In this document: one piece after another, positions 8,525 to 17,380 of the stretch
How the letters are laid out: each line of letters begins with the position of its first letter
Numbering within the stretch: the stretch's first letter is position 1
NCBI GenBank assembly: GCA_041489925.1
Contig: JBGPSD010000001.1
Span: forward strand, 102,414-166,413
Source: Candidatus Nanoarchaeia archaeon
Lineage (GTDB): Archaea; Nanobdellota; Nanobdellia; Woesearchaeales; ARS49
Reading direction: 5' to 3'
Length of the DNA stretch: 64,000 nucleotides
The notes under the pieces: model-generated
Seen by the model: only the letters and a program-made list of their open reading frames with translations
Databases searched by the model: none
Told to the model about the DNA's origin: nothing
Made by a program: the position numbers and the translations under genes

Positions 8525-8648
8525 TGGGGCTACCCAGATTTGAACTGGGGTCGCAACGTGTTTTGCGCAGACCGCAATGAACGCCCGCAGGCAATTTGTG
8601 CCGACTACGTCCCGAACGTTGAATCTTACCAAGCTAGACCATAGCCCC
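8525..8648 (-). tRNA. tRNA-Pro (CGG) with a ~51-nt intron at canonical position 37/38
   Basis: Hand-folded. Acceptor GGGGCTA/TAGCCCC, discriminator A, D-arm GTCT-AGCTTGGTA-AGAT, anticodon stem CAACG/CGTTG, loop TTCGGG|intron|A, T-arm CCCAG-TTCAAAT-CTGGG. I could not confirm the BHB splice motif by eye. Confidence 0.7.
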
Positions 8649-8731
8649 TTGGTTCAACAAACAGAATAAAATTTGCGGTTTAAAAGTCTTTGCTAAGCGC
8701 AACCTGTTGTGCAGATAAGAAAATAATCTGC

Positions 8732-9280
8732 TCAGGTCTCCTTTCTGCCGTGCAATGCCTCAAGCATCCTTGTCCAGCCGTGAGGATTCCACCAGGTTTT
8801 TTCTTCCAAATTAATTGTCCAGTCTATTGCATCCCTTGTGTCCTTTATTCTTTCAAGCTCAATAAAGTACTGCTTTGGCCCTTCAGTAGGAATGCAGGCA
8901 TAATGTGCGAGCAGGCACAGGTGCATAAAATGTTCGTAAAGCGGCTTTTTAATTTTGTCCCTATTTTTAGAAACTTCAATTATCTTATTCAGCCTGTAAA
9001 CGTGCGCCTTCATGTCCACAATGCGGTGCTTCATTGCTTCTGAAAACTCAACAATATCGCCTTCATCCTTATGGAACAAGTCATAAAACTGCTCAAAATA
9101 TTCCTGAGTAATAGTATTGACAAGAGCAGGATTGCTCTGTATCACAGCCTCAGGAGTACTGTGCTCATGAATCAAGTCTTCAAGGTGTTCTGCAAAATCA
9201 TCAATAACAACCAGGCCGTCCTCAGGCGCCATTATCTTATTGCTGCAAACCATGCATGGCCAATCTGGAAATTCTGCCAT
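8732..9280 (-). CDS. hypothetical protein
   Basis: Start trimmed to MAEFPDWPCMVC so that it no longer overlaps the upstream ACT gene. No recognisable domain. Confidence 0.45.
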   Translation of the reverse strand: MAEFPDWPCMVCSNKIMAPEDGLVVIDDFAEHLEDLIHEHSTPEAVIQSNPALVNTITQEYFEQFYDLFHKDEGDIVEFSEAMKHRIVDMKAHVYRLNKIIEVSKNRDKIKKPLYEHFMHLCLLAHYACIPTEGPKQYFIELERIKDTRDAIDWTINLEEKTWWNPHGWTRMLEALHGRKET

Positions 9281-9302
9281 GATTTTGTTAACATTTGGCT
9301 GG

Positions 9303-9683
9303 TTATAAAGCTTTGGCACCGAGCTTTTCAAGGGCATTTACTGCTTTTGAAAGGTCTGCTGACTTTACAAGAATGTGGTCTGTTGAGTAGGCAGATATTG
9401 CGAAAATGCTGACCTTTTTTTCTGCGAGAACTTTGGAAACAGCTGCAAGAAAGCCAACCAGCTCAAAAGGCAAAACCGCCTCGAAAGTAAGCAGCTTCCA
9501 TCCTTTGTTTGCCTCGATGATATCATTCTTCAGCTTTGACTGGTCAATTATGCAAGTGATTTCATTCTTGCCAGTGATAACTGCGAAAGAATCTGGCAGT
9601 GGCTTTTTGGCTTTGACAATAGCAAATTCCTCTTTCGCTATTGCGATTTTACAGTTTTTCAGGTAATCAGCCGCGGTTGGCAA
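9303..9683 (-). CDS. ACT-domain protein
   Basis: 126 aa. The stretch WKLLTFEAVLPFELVGFLAAVSKVLAEKKVSIFAISAYSTDHILVK matches the small stand-alone ACT (ACT_7-like) pattern. The only available start is a TTG at 9683, the nucleotide immediately after the tRNA-Val 3' end. Confidence 0.6.
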   Translation of the reverse strand: MPTAADYLKNCKIAIAKEEFAIVKAKKPLPDSFAVITGKNEITCIIDQSKLKNDIIEANKGWKLLTFEAVLPFELVGFLAAVSKVLAEKKVSIFAISAYSTDHILVKSADLSKAVNALEKLGAKAL

Positions 9684-9756
9684 TGAGCCCGCCCGGATTC
9701 GAACCGGGGATATTCTCCCTGTGAAGGAGACATCATAACCGCTAGATCACGGGCTC
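9684..9756 (-). tRNA. tRNA-Val (CAC)
   Basis: Acceptor GAGCCCG/CGGGCTC, D-loop with GG, anticodon arm TCTCC-TTCACAG-GGAGA, T-arm CCCGG-TTCGAAT-CCGGG, discriminator A. No encoded CCA. Confidence 0.9.
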
Positions 9757-9794
9757 GTATTCGTTATAAAGCAGGACTTGTTTTAAAAAGTTAG

Positions 9795-10595
9795 CTATCC
9801 AAAGACTCTCTGATAGTTAAGCAGGATATTGTTTGCAACTTCCTCTTCTGTGAATCCTTTTAATGTGGCAATTCGCTTTATTGTCTGAGCGACATTGGCT
9901 GGCTCATTGCGCTCTCCCTGCACAGGGCCAAGCCAGGGCGCATCTGTTTCTGTCAACAACTGGTTGATGCTGAGTGTCTGCACAACTGTCTCAAAGTGCT
10001 GAAGCCGCATAATAACCGGCGGGATTGAGCAGCACCAGCCCCTGTCATTTATTCTCTTCAGGAGGCTCTTCCTGCCGTGGAAGCAGTGGAAGACAACGTG
10101 CTTAAGCTTGCTTGACTCAATCATTTCAACGCAGTCAGCCTCTGCCTTTCTTGAATGAATGATTAATGGCTTGTTGATTTTCTCGCAAAACCCGATGATT
10201 TTCTGGAAGTTCTCCTTCATTTTCTTTATCAGTTCAGGGTCTGTGATTTCAGAATAGTCAAGCCCTGCCTCGCCTATTCCGACACAGGAATCCTTGTTCT
10301 TTTTAATCCATTCCAGCTCTGCGTCAAGGTCAAAGTGGCCGCTTCTTGTTATTCCGGACTCGTCAGGGGCTTCGCTCTTGTAGTTCAGGGCGTCAGTTGG
10401 ATAAGCGCCGAAAGTGCACTGCACAATGTCAGGATATTTTTTCGTGAGTTCAAGGATTTCCCTGTTAGCAGGCGGGCCTGTGCCTGAGCAGATTATTCTG
10501 ACAACGCCTGCTTTCTTTGCCCGCTCAATCACTTCAGGAAGGTCTTTCTGAAAGAGCTTGTGGTTCAAATGGCAGTGCACGTCAACGAGCTTCAT
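9795..10595 (-). CDS. TatD-family metal-dependent hydrolase
   Basis: MKLVDVHCHLNH start, internal GEAGLDY, IIHSR, VFHCF and TDAPWL motifs of the TatD amidohydrolase fold. Start set at the second Met (10595), about 22 nt downstream of a TTTTTAAAT box. Confidence 0.88.
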   Translation of the reverse strand: MKLVDVHCHLNHKLFQKDLPEVIERAKKAGVVRIICSGTGPPANREILELTKKYPDIVQCTFGAYPTDALNYKSEAPDESGITRSGHFDLDAELEWIKKNKDSCVGIGEAGLDYSEITDPELIKKMKENFQKIIGFCEKINKPLIIHSRKAEADCVEMIESSKLKHVVFHCFHGRKSLLKRINDRGWCCSIPPVIMRLQHFETVVQTLSINQLLTETDAPWLGPVQGERNEPANVAQTIKRIATLKGFTEEEVANNILLNYQRVFG

Positions 10596-10636
10596 AACTC
10601 TGGCGTTTAGCACGAAGATTTAAAAACCTTCCCTCG

Positions 10637-11665
10637 ATGCTTTTAAACATGGAAGACAAGCTGAAGAAGGGCCAGGAGAATGTTTTAAGGGAGTCAGAAG
10701 AACCAGAAGGCTTGGCTATTCGCGGTTATGACTTCAGCAATGGAGTTGATTATGACAAAATCATTGACAGCTATGCAACAACAGGCTTTCAGGCGTCAAA
10801 CCTTGCAAAAGCAATTGACATAATCAACCAGATGCGCAAAGACAAGTGCACAATTTATCTCGGTTATACTTCCAACATGGTAACTTCTGGATTGCGCGAT
10901 GTTTTCAGGTATTTGGCACAGAACAAAATGGTTGACGTGATTGTCACGACCGCAGGCGGGGTTGAGGAAGACATCATAAAGTGCGTGAAGCCGTTTATTC
11001 TCGGCAGTTTTGAGGCAAAAGGCACTGAACTCAGGGAAAAAGGCATTAACAGGACAGGAAACATATTTGTTCCGAACTCAAGATACTGCGCATTTGAGGA
11101 TTTCCTGAACCCACTCCTTGCCAAAATGTCAGATGAGCAAAAGCAGACAGGGAAAGTCATAACGCCGTCTGAGTTTGTCGCGCGCCTGGGAAAGGAGATT
11201 AACAATCCTGAATCAATCTATTACTGGGCGCAGAAGAACAACATTCCTGTTTTCTGCCCTGCGCTGACTGACGGCTCAATGGGAGACATGATTTATTTCT
11301 CAAGCTTCAAGCATCCTGACTTCAAGATAGACATTGCGCGCGACATGAAAAAGCTCAATGACTTCACTCTTGACGCAAAAAAGACAGGCTTGATAATTCT
11401 TGGCGCAGGGGTTGTAAAGCACTGCATACTCAATGCGAATATGCTGAGAAATGGCTCAGAGTACGTTGTTTACATCAACACATCGCAGGAATACGACGGC
11501 TCAGACGCAGGAGCCCGCCCTGACGAGGCAGTCAGCTGGGGCAAAATACTCCCGGGTGCAAAGTCAGTCAAGGTATTCGGCGATGCAACAATACTTTTCC
11601 CGCTGATTGTGGCTAAGACATTTGCGAGGAAATGTCAAGAACCACCTGCTAAAGGTGATTCTTGA
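10637..11665 (+). CDS. dys: deoxyhypusine synthase
   Basis: 342 aa. [39 protein letters not shown] and GAGVVKH are characteristic DHS motifs. Confidence 0.9.
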   Translation: MLLNMEDKLKKGQENVLRESEEPEGLAIRGYDFSNGVDYDKIIDSYATTGFQASNLAKAIDIINQMRKDKCTIYLGYTSNMVTSGLRDVFRYLAQNKMVDVIVTTAGGVEEDIIKCVKPFILGSFEAKGTELREKGINRTGNIFVPNSRYCAFEDFLNPLLAKMSDEQKQTGKVITPSEFVARLGKEINNPESIYYWAQKNNIPVFCPALTDGSMGDMIYFSSFKHPDFKIDIARDMKKLNDFTLDAKKTGLIILGAGVVKHCILNANMLRNGSEYVVYINTSQEYDGSDAGARPDEAVSWGKILPGAKSVKVFGDATILFPLIVAKTFARKCQEPPAKGDS

Positions 11666-11714
11666 GCATGCTCGGAAACTCCAATATTGTTTCAGTGCAG
11701 GAGTTTCCGACATA

Positions 11715-11834
11715 ATGAAAGCTTCATTATTCTGGGCATGGTATGACTTCTGGATTGGATTGTACTGGGACCGCAAAAAGAAAACATTGTACATTGCGCC
11801 GATTCCAACTGTGATTATAAAACTGGAATTTTAG
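11715..11834 (+). CDS. 39-aa hydrophobic mini-protein (MKASLFWAWYDFWIGLYWDRKKKTLYIAPIPTVIIKLEF)
   Basis: C-terminal part of track ORF 11607..11834, starting at the ATG after the dys stop. The W-DFWIG-YWD-[KR]n-LYI-P-P pattern resembles small proteins I recall from phage and plasmid genomes. Recollection only. Confidence 0.4.
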   Translation: MKASLFWAWYDFWIGLYWDRKKKTLYIAPIPTVIIKLEF

Positions 11835-11869
11835 CTGACACATTATAGATTTCTATTGTTTAGAAATAG

Positions 11870-12829
11870 TCACGTTATCTTCCAGATTTCTACTGCGAGG
11901 AAGGCGGCGAAATAAGCCATGAATAAAAGGCCGTGCTTCCAGGTCAGGTATTTGCCGCGCAGGATTATCATCAGGGTTGTGATGCTGATTGCGAGGAAGA
12001 TGAATGCGTTCAGTACTGTGCTGACATTCACCTTGAGAGGGCTGATAAGCGCCATTATTCCGAAGAAAAGGAGGAACTCTATCATCAGGCTGCCGAGAAG
12101 GTCACCAAGCCCTATTGCCTCGTGCTTTTTCATTATCGAGCGGAGCTCCACTGAAATGTCAGGCATTGTCGCGCCAATGCCAATAACAGTCAAAGCAATG
12201 AAATAAGGCGGAATGTTGAATGAATTTGCCAAATTAACACTGCTGAAGACCAGCCACCTTCCTGCAAGAAGTATTGCGGCAAGGCAGCCAAGGAAAATAA
12301 ACGCGTCTTTCCAGAGCGACCTGAGCTGGACGTTCTTCTTCATCCTGCCAAGGGTGCCTTCCATGCGCCATAGGTTCACCAGGTAAAGCCCAAATGCGAC
12401 CAAAAGAAGCACACCATCAACCCTGCTTATCTCGCCGTCAAGGCCCAAAAGCAGGGGAAGCATCAGGGCAGCCCACATCATCATCTTGTTTTTCGAGAAA
12501 AGCCCTGCCTCAAGCTTGGTTTTACCGCTGATAAGGGCAAGCAGTCCAAGGGCAAATCCGACATGGACCATGTTTGTGCCGAGTATTGCGCCGAATCCGA
12601 CATTTTCCTGGCCGCTGAAAAACCCGGTCACAGAGCTCACGACTTCAGGCGCGCTTGCTGCCATTGCGACAACCACGAGCCCGATAATTGCCTCGCTAAG
12701 CCCCAGCCGGTGGGCGTAATCTGATATGCCTTCAACAAGAAGGTCAGCTGCCTTGAACATAATGAAAAGGCTTACCAGAATCACAATACTGTGAAAAAGC
12801 GTCGGGTTGCCAAAAAGCCATTCAAGCAT
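11870..12829 (-). CDS. Na+/Ca2+ exchanger family (CaCA/YrbG-like) membrane protein
   Basis: 319 aa with about 10 TM segments. Duplicated alpha-repeat motifs (GLSEAIIGLVVVAMAASAPEVVSS and GLGDLLGSLMIEF). Confidence 0.85.
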   Translation of the reverse strand: MLEWLFGNPTLFHSIVILVSLFIMFKAADLLVEGISDYAHRLGLSEAIIGLVVVAMAASAPEVVSSVTGFFSGQENVGFGAILGTNMVHVGFALGLLALISGKTKLEAGLFSKNKMMMWAALMLPLLLGLDGEISRVDGVLLLVAFGLYLVNLWRMEGTLGRMKKNVQLRSLWKDAFIFLGCLAAILLAGRWLVFSSVNLANSFNIPPYFIALTVIGIGATMPDISVELRSIMKKHEAIGLGDLLGSLMIEFLLFFGIMALISPLKVNVSTVLNAFIFLAISITTLMIILRGKYLTWKHGLLFMAYFAAFLAVEIWKIT

Positions 12830-12962
12830 TCCAGTGTAAATTTCAAAAAGGATATTTAAATGCTATGTATACTGCAAGAGCACAAGCTTTAAAAACACCT
12901 GCAAAGTTGGGGAATGTGAAGCCTTTATATACGGTCGGCATTAAAACGAAACAGGTGATTGT

Positions 12963-13385
12963 ATGACTGTCGTCGGATTGCAAATAAACAAGATTTTGGT
13001 TGAAAAGTATGCCCCTGCGAAGGGCAAGATTAGTGTGAACAACAATGTCGCAGTAAAGGATGTCACGAAGACAGACCTTTCATTCGGCAACTCAAAGCAG
13101 GATGCCCTGGAGTTCACTTTTGAGTTCAAGGCTGCTTACGAGCCGAAGATAGCAAACATGATTTTCGAGGGAACTGTCACTTACTTTGACACCCCTGCGG
13201 CAATAGAAGACGTAATGAAGGGATGGAAAAAGGACAAGAAGGTCGCGCCTGAAATAATGTCAGGAGTGCTCAACACAATCCTCGCAAGGTGCAATGTTGA
13301 GGCACTGCTGCTTAGCAGGGAAGTAAACCTTCCTCCGCCAATCCCGATGCCCAAGGTCAATGTCAGCACCAAGCCGTCAAAATAA
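12963..13385 (+). CDS. hypothetical protein (SecB-like fold suspected)
   Basis: SD AGGTGAT lies 3 nt before the ATG. A beta-rich N-terminal half is followed by ...ILARCNVEALLLSREVNLPPPIPMPKV, reminiscent of the SecB C-terminal region. Low confidence in the function. Confidence 0.45.
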   Translation: MTVVGLQINKILVEKYAPAKGKISVNNNVAVKDVTKTDLSFGNSKQDALEFTFEFKAAYEPKIANMIFEGTVTYFDTPAAIEDVMKGWKKDKKVAPEIMSGVLNTILARCNVEALLLSREVNLPPPIPMPKVNVSTKPSK

Positions 13386-13444
13386 GGCTTCTAGGAATGC
13401 AGAGTCCATAACCTATTTAATTAACAAGCCTGTTGGAAAAAACA

Positions 13445-15733
13445 ATGGCAAAGGAAATCAAGCTTAGGGTCGTTGAAGCCATACAGGACGACGTCAATAA
13501 GGGCATAGTCAGGATAGACAGCACCTTCATGCGCGAGGCAGACATACGGCCAGGAGACATAGTTGAGATTGAAGGCGGCAGGAAGACTGTTGGAATTGTT
13601 GACAGGGCTTTGCCAGGCGATATAGGCCTGAACCACATCAGGATGGACGGGCTTGGCAGAAAAAACGCCCAGACAGGAATAGGCGAGACAGTCAAGATAT
13701 GCAAAGTGGATGTCAAGGAAGCAAAGAAGATTGTCATTGCGCCTGCCCGCGAAGGAATCATTGTCAAAACCAGTTCTCCATATGTGTTCAAGCAAGGGCT
13801 TCTCGGAAGGGCTATTGTAAAGGGCGACATAATCTCCCTTGGCGGTGCAAGGCGCAGAAGGACAACAATGTCAGGCTCGCCATTCTTTGACGAAGTCTTC
13901 AGCATGATGGAAGAAAACATGGGCTTTGGCGGCGGGCTCGGATTCGGCGACCTGAAGTTTGTTGTTGCCGAGACAAACCCCAAGCAGCCGGTCATAATCA
14001 CAGACGCAACAGAAATCACGCTGAATCCAGAGGCAATGACTATTGAAGAGGAAAGCGCGCCAGGGGTCAGCTACGAAGACATTGGCGGGCTTGAGGATGA
14101 AGTCAAGAAGATACGCGAAATGGTTGAACTGCCATTAAAGCACCCTGAAATCTTTGAAAGGCTCGGAGTCGAAGCTCCAAAGGGAGTTCTTTTGCACGGA
14201 CCGCCCGGAACCGGAAAGACTCTTTTGGCTAAAGCTGTCGCGAACGAAACAAACTCGCACTTCATTGTCATAAACGGCCCTGAAATAATGAGCAAGTATT
14301 ACGGCCAGTCAGAAGAAAACCTGAGGAAGAAGTTTGAAGAGGCAGAGAAGAACGCACCTTCAATCATATTTATCGATGAAATTGACGCAATCGCTTCAAA
14401 GCGCGAGGAAACACGCGGAGAAGTTGAAAGGCGAGTTGTCGCGCAATTGCTTGCGCTTATGGACGGATTGAAATCTCGCGGCAAGGTCGTTGTTATTGCC
14501 GCAACAAACGTTCCAAACATACTTGACCCTGCACTCAGGCGCCCAGGACGCTTTGACCGCGAGCTTGAAATTGGGGTGCCGAACAAGGAAGGGCGCTTGA
14601 ACATTTTGAAAATTCACACCCGTAACATGCCTTTGTCAAAAGACGTCAACTTGAAGGAAATCGCTGCAATCACGCACGGATTTGTCGGAGCAGACATCGC
14701 TTCCTTGGCAAAAGAAGCAGCAATGATTGTTCTGCGAAGGGTTCTGCCAGACCTCAAGTATGACAAGGAAGAGGCAATCCCAGAGGAAATACTCAGCAAA
14801 CTACAAACCACAAAGGTTGACTTCAAGGACGCCCTAAAAGTTGTCCGCCCAAGCGCACTCCGCGAGGTGTTTGTTGAGATTCCAAACATCAAATGGACTG
14901 ACATCGGCGGTCTTGAAAACTGCAAGCAGGAATTAATTGAGGCAGTTGAGTGGCCGTTGAAGCACCCTGACGCTTTCACAAGGCTCGGAGTAAAGCCGCC
15001 GAAAGGAATACTGTTGTATGGCGCGCCTGGAACAGGAAAGACGCTTATGGCAAAAGCAGTCGCGAATGAAAGCGAGGCAAACTTCATTTCCATTAAAGGT
15101 CCTGAATTATTGAGCAAGTGGGTTGGTGAAAGCGAGAAGGCTGTCAGGGAAATCTTCAAAAAGGCACGCCAGACAGCACCTACAATCATATTCTTTGACG
15201 AAATTGATTCATTGGTTCCACGAAGGGGCTCAAGCTCAGACAGCAATGTTAGTGAAAGAGTTGTTAATCAGCTTCTTACTGAGATTGACGGGCTTGAAGA
15301 CCTGCACGACATAGTGATTATTGGCGCTACAAACAGGCCTGACATTGTAGACCCTGCGTTGCTCAGGCCCGGAAGGTTTGACAGGATTATTTTAACCAGT
15401 GTTCCTGACAAGAAAGCACGCCTTGAGATTCTCAAAGTGCACACAAAAGGAATGCCATTGAAGGATGTTGACATTGATTACCTCGCCGAGCAGACAGAAG
15501 GTTTTGTCGGAGCAGATATAGAGGCTCTTTGCCGCGAGGCAGCAATGCTTGCTTTAAGAGAAGACATAAAGACCAAAGTCATAACAGCAGACCACTTTGA
15601 GCAGGCGCTGATGAAAGTCTCGCCATCTGTCACAAAAGATGTCGAGCAGATGTACATTGCCTTGCAGGACAAATTCAAGGCTGCAAGGGCAAGGGAAATG
15701 AAAGCAGAAGCAAAGCCGCTGTACTTTGGATAA
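13445..15733 (+). CDS. cdc48: Cdc48/VCP-type AAA+ ATPase (two AAA domains)
   Basis: N-domain (LRVVEA..D..KGIVRID), then two Walker [17 protein letters not shown] and Walker [17 protein letters not shown] modules with SRH regions. Start is at ATG 13445, about 25 nt after a TATTTAATTAA box. Confidence 0.95.
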   Translation: MAKEIKLRVVEAIQDDVNKGIVRIDSTFMREADIRPGDIVEIEGGRKTVGIVDRALPGDIGLNHIRMDGLGRKNAQTGIGETVKICKVDVKEAKKIVIAPAREGIIVKTSSPYVFKQGLLGRAIVKGDIISLGGARRRRTTMSGSPFFDEVFSMMEENMGFGGGLGFGDLKFVVAETNPKQPVIITDATEITLNPEAMTIEEESAPGVSYEDIGGLEDEVKKIREMVELPLKHPEIFERLGVEAPKGVLLHGPPGTGKTLLAKAVANETNSHFIVINGPEIMSKYYGQSEENLRKKFEEAEKNAPSIIFIDEIDAIASKREETRGEVERRVVAQLLALMDGLKSRGKVVVIAATNVPNILDPALRRPGRFDRELEIGVPNKEGRLNILKIHTRNMPLSKDVNLKEIAAITHGFVGADIASLAKEAAMIVLRRVLPDLKYDKEEAIPEEILSKLQTTKVDFKDALKVVRPSALREVFVEIPNIKWTDIGGLENCKQELIEAVEWPLKHPDAFTRLGVKPPKGILLYGAPGTGKTLMAKAVANESEANFISIKGPELLSKWVGESEKAVREIFKKARQTAPTIIFFDEIDSLVPRRGSSSDSNVSERVVNQLLTEIDGLEDLHDIVIIGATNRPDIVDPALLRPGRFDRIILTSVPDKKARLEILKVHTKGMPLKDVDIDYLAEQTEGFVGADIEALCREAAMLALREDIKTKVITADHFEQALMKVSPSVTKDVEQMYIALQDKFKAARAREMKAEAKPLYFG

Positions 15734-15734
15734 T

Positions 15735-16121
15735 TTAACGAGAAGCATCAACTAATTTCTCAATGGACGGCAATTTCATCTTTTTCGCCATTTTAATGAT
15801 ACTTTCCTGTTTTTGCGCAAGAATGGAAATTATTTCTTGAGGCAGACCTTTGCGTTTTTCTGGATCTACTATGGTTGAATGAACAATGACCGCGTCGTCA
15901 AGCAAATACGCTTTATTTGTGTAAGGGACAGGAACAGGGCGCCAATATTCTGGCTTGGGAATCTCCATAGCCATAAATTCAGCCCATTGTACAGCAACAT
16001 ACATTTGTTCTTCACTGACTCTGGTAAACTGATGCCATTCATCAGGCTTTCCTGAATACCAGAAATGCATATACCCCCTGGGCGGATTTTGAGGATTGTT
16101 AAATTTGCGCCATGGATACAT
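15735..16121 (-). CDS. hypothetical protein
   Basis: 128-aa ORF, Trp/Pro-rich N-terminal half, no known motif. Confidence 0.4.
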   Translation of the reverse strand: MYPWRKFNNPQNPPRGYMHFWYSGKPDEWHQFTRVSEEQMYVAVQWAEFMAMEIPKPEYWRPVPVPYTNKAYLLDDAVIVHSTIVDPEKRKGLPQEIISILAQKQESIIKMAKKMKLPSIEKLVDASR

Positions 16122-16158
16122 AAAAACCGCAAACCGGCTGATGTTTAAATAACTTCAC

Positions 16159-16172
16159 AAAAACTATATATA
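16159..16172 (+). promoter_or_regulatory. BRE/TATA-like box (AAAAACTATATATA)
   Basis: Centred about 28 nt upstream of the ATG at 16195. Confidence 0.55.
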
Positions 16173-16194
16173 CCGTCTTTCTGGTTGAGGTGTT

Positions 16195-17055
16195 ATGGGC
16201 TTGCTGAACAGGTTTTTCCGTTCTCCTGAAGAGGTTGCTAAAGAGCTTGTGCTCGATGAGTTACAGCTCGCAAAAGCTTGGCAGGATTATGCTGACTCTG
16301 CCTTGGAGAAAGGCAAGCTTATCAATGCGCTTCAACCGGGAACTCTTAAACAAATACTTCCGCAACTGAAGAATGCAGTTGTTTCTGAGCTTGTCAAGAC
16401 TGCTGGAGAAGAAAAAACAGAGGAACAACTGCTCGCTGACCTTAAAGCAGTTGAGCACGAAGAGCACATAAAGCGTGTCAAAAGACTCGAGTACACCCTG
16501 TGTTATGCTGAAACAAAACATGAATACATCCATCAATTGCTGAAGGAACTTTGGCAGATTCTCAACACGCAGCTGCATCTTGTGGAGCAGCTTATTGCCG
16601 GCAGCACGCAAGAAGTACTGCTCATACAAAAGCTGAAGGAATCCTGGAAAGTCGAACAGCACATACTCACGCTGGTCAACGAACGGGAAACATTTCACCA
16701 GCTCTTTGCAGCTTTGCTTAAGGGAGAACACATTGTCAGGCAATTGACCTCGCAGGAATCAAAATTCGTTGCAAGGGCTGAAAAAGAGACAGGAATTACA
16801 AACAGGATGCTTTCGCGCTGGCTTCACGAGATTAACTCACGCATACACGATAAAATAGATGAATGGGTTGCCAGCAGCGGCCGCGAGGAGCATTTTGAGT
16901 CGCATTTTGAGTTTGTAAACAGCCGTGACTTTGTACCTTTTGCGCGAGAGGTAATACAATCGCTGCGCAAGACAGAAAGACCTGTTTCTGAATCAGCCAT
17001 TAATACATTTGTGCATTTGTTCCGCGAATGGTACAATAAAAAAGTGAACGTGTAA
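16195..17055 (+). CDS. hypothetical alpha-helical protein
   Basis: 286 aa, heptad-rich with a high E/K/L/Q content, no catalytic motif recognised. Canonical promoter box upstream. Confidence 0.5.
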   Translation: MGLLNRFFRSPEEVAKELVLDELQLAKAWQDYADSALEKGKLINALQPGTLKQILPQLKNAVVSELVKTAGEEKTEEQLLADLKAVEHEEHIKRVKRLEYTLCYAETKHEYIHQLLKELWQILNTQLHLVEQLIAGSTQEVLLIQKLKESWKVEQHILTLVNERETFHQLFAALLKGEHIVRQLTSQESKFVARAEKETGITNRMLSRWLHEINSRIHDKIDEWVASSGREEHFESHFEFVNSRDFVPFAREVIQSLRKTERPVSESAINTFVHLFREWYNKKVNV

Positions 17056-17061
17056 TTCTCC

Positions 17062-17076
17062 AAAAACTATATATAC
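17062..17076 (+). promoter_or_regulatory. BRE/TATA-like box (AAAAACTATATATAC)
   Basis: Centred about 29 nt upstream of the ATG at 17099. Confidence 0.55.
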
Positions 17077-17098
17077 ACTTATTCTGCACGCTGTTGTT

Positions 17099-17380
17099 AT
17101 GGTAACACAAGTAAGAGCAAGGCATATTCTGGTAAAGACTGAAAGCGAAGCCTTTCAGGCATTGTATGATGTGCAGCACGGCAAGGACTTTGGAGCCGTA
17201 GCAATGGAAAAGTCAATGTGCCCGAGCAAGAAGAATGGCGGAGACCTTGGCTGGTTCGGAAGGAACATGATGGTCAAGGAGTTTGAAGTCGCCGCGTTCG
17301 CATTAAAGCCGGGAGAAATATCAAAGCCAATCAAGACCCAGTTTGGCTGGCACATCATCAAGGTTGAAGAGGTCAAGTAA
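17099..17380 (+). CDS. parvulin-type peptidyl-prolyl cis-trans isomerase
   Basis: 93 aa. ARHILVKTE ... [23 protein letters not shown] ... [11 protein letters not shown] is the PpiC/parvulin signature. Confidence 0.85.
   Translation: MVTQVRARHILVKTESEAFQALYDVQHGKDFGAVAMEKSMCPSKKNGGDLGWFGRNMMVKEFEVAAFALKPGEISKPIKTQFGWHIIKVEEVK

Noticed and set aside
9685-9694. The 10-mer GAGCCCGCCC of the tRNA-Val 3' end recurs inside dys (about 11510), which could have marked a tRNA-targeted integration boundary.
   Set aside because: A single 10-mer recurrence in 64 kb is not improbable. The intervening genes (tatD, dys) are core housekeeping genes of normal composition.
13417-14019. Long antisense or alternative-frame ORFs inside solid genes. 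Examples: 13417..14019, 14614..15246 (cdc48); 42131..42733, 42968..43519 (mre11); 32288..32917, 32927..33673 (GTPase/HD); 56173..56757; 21484..21912 and 21548..22027 (glycosyltransferase); 302..712 (serS).
   Set aside because: Their translations are low-complexity (Ser/Phe/Leu- or Arg-rich). They lack start-site signals, and each is fully embedded opposite or out of frame to a gene with unmistakable conserved motifs.
15716-15733. C-terminal ...LYFG of Cdc48 and ...GYFG of the unknown protein 25019..25486, considered as shared HbYX-type proteasome-docking tails.
   Set aside because: The HbYX motif requires Tyr at the penultimate position. Here Tyr is third from the end, so the resemblance is superficial.
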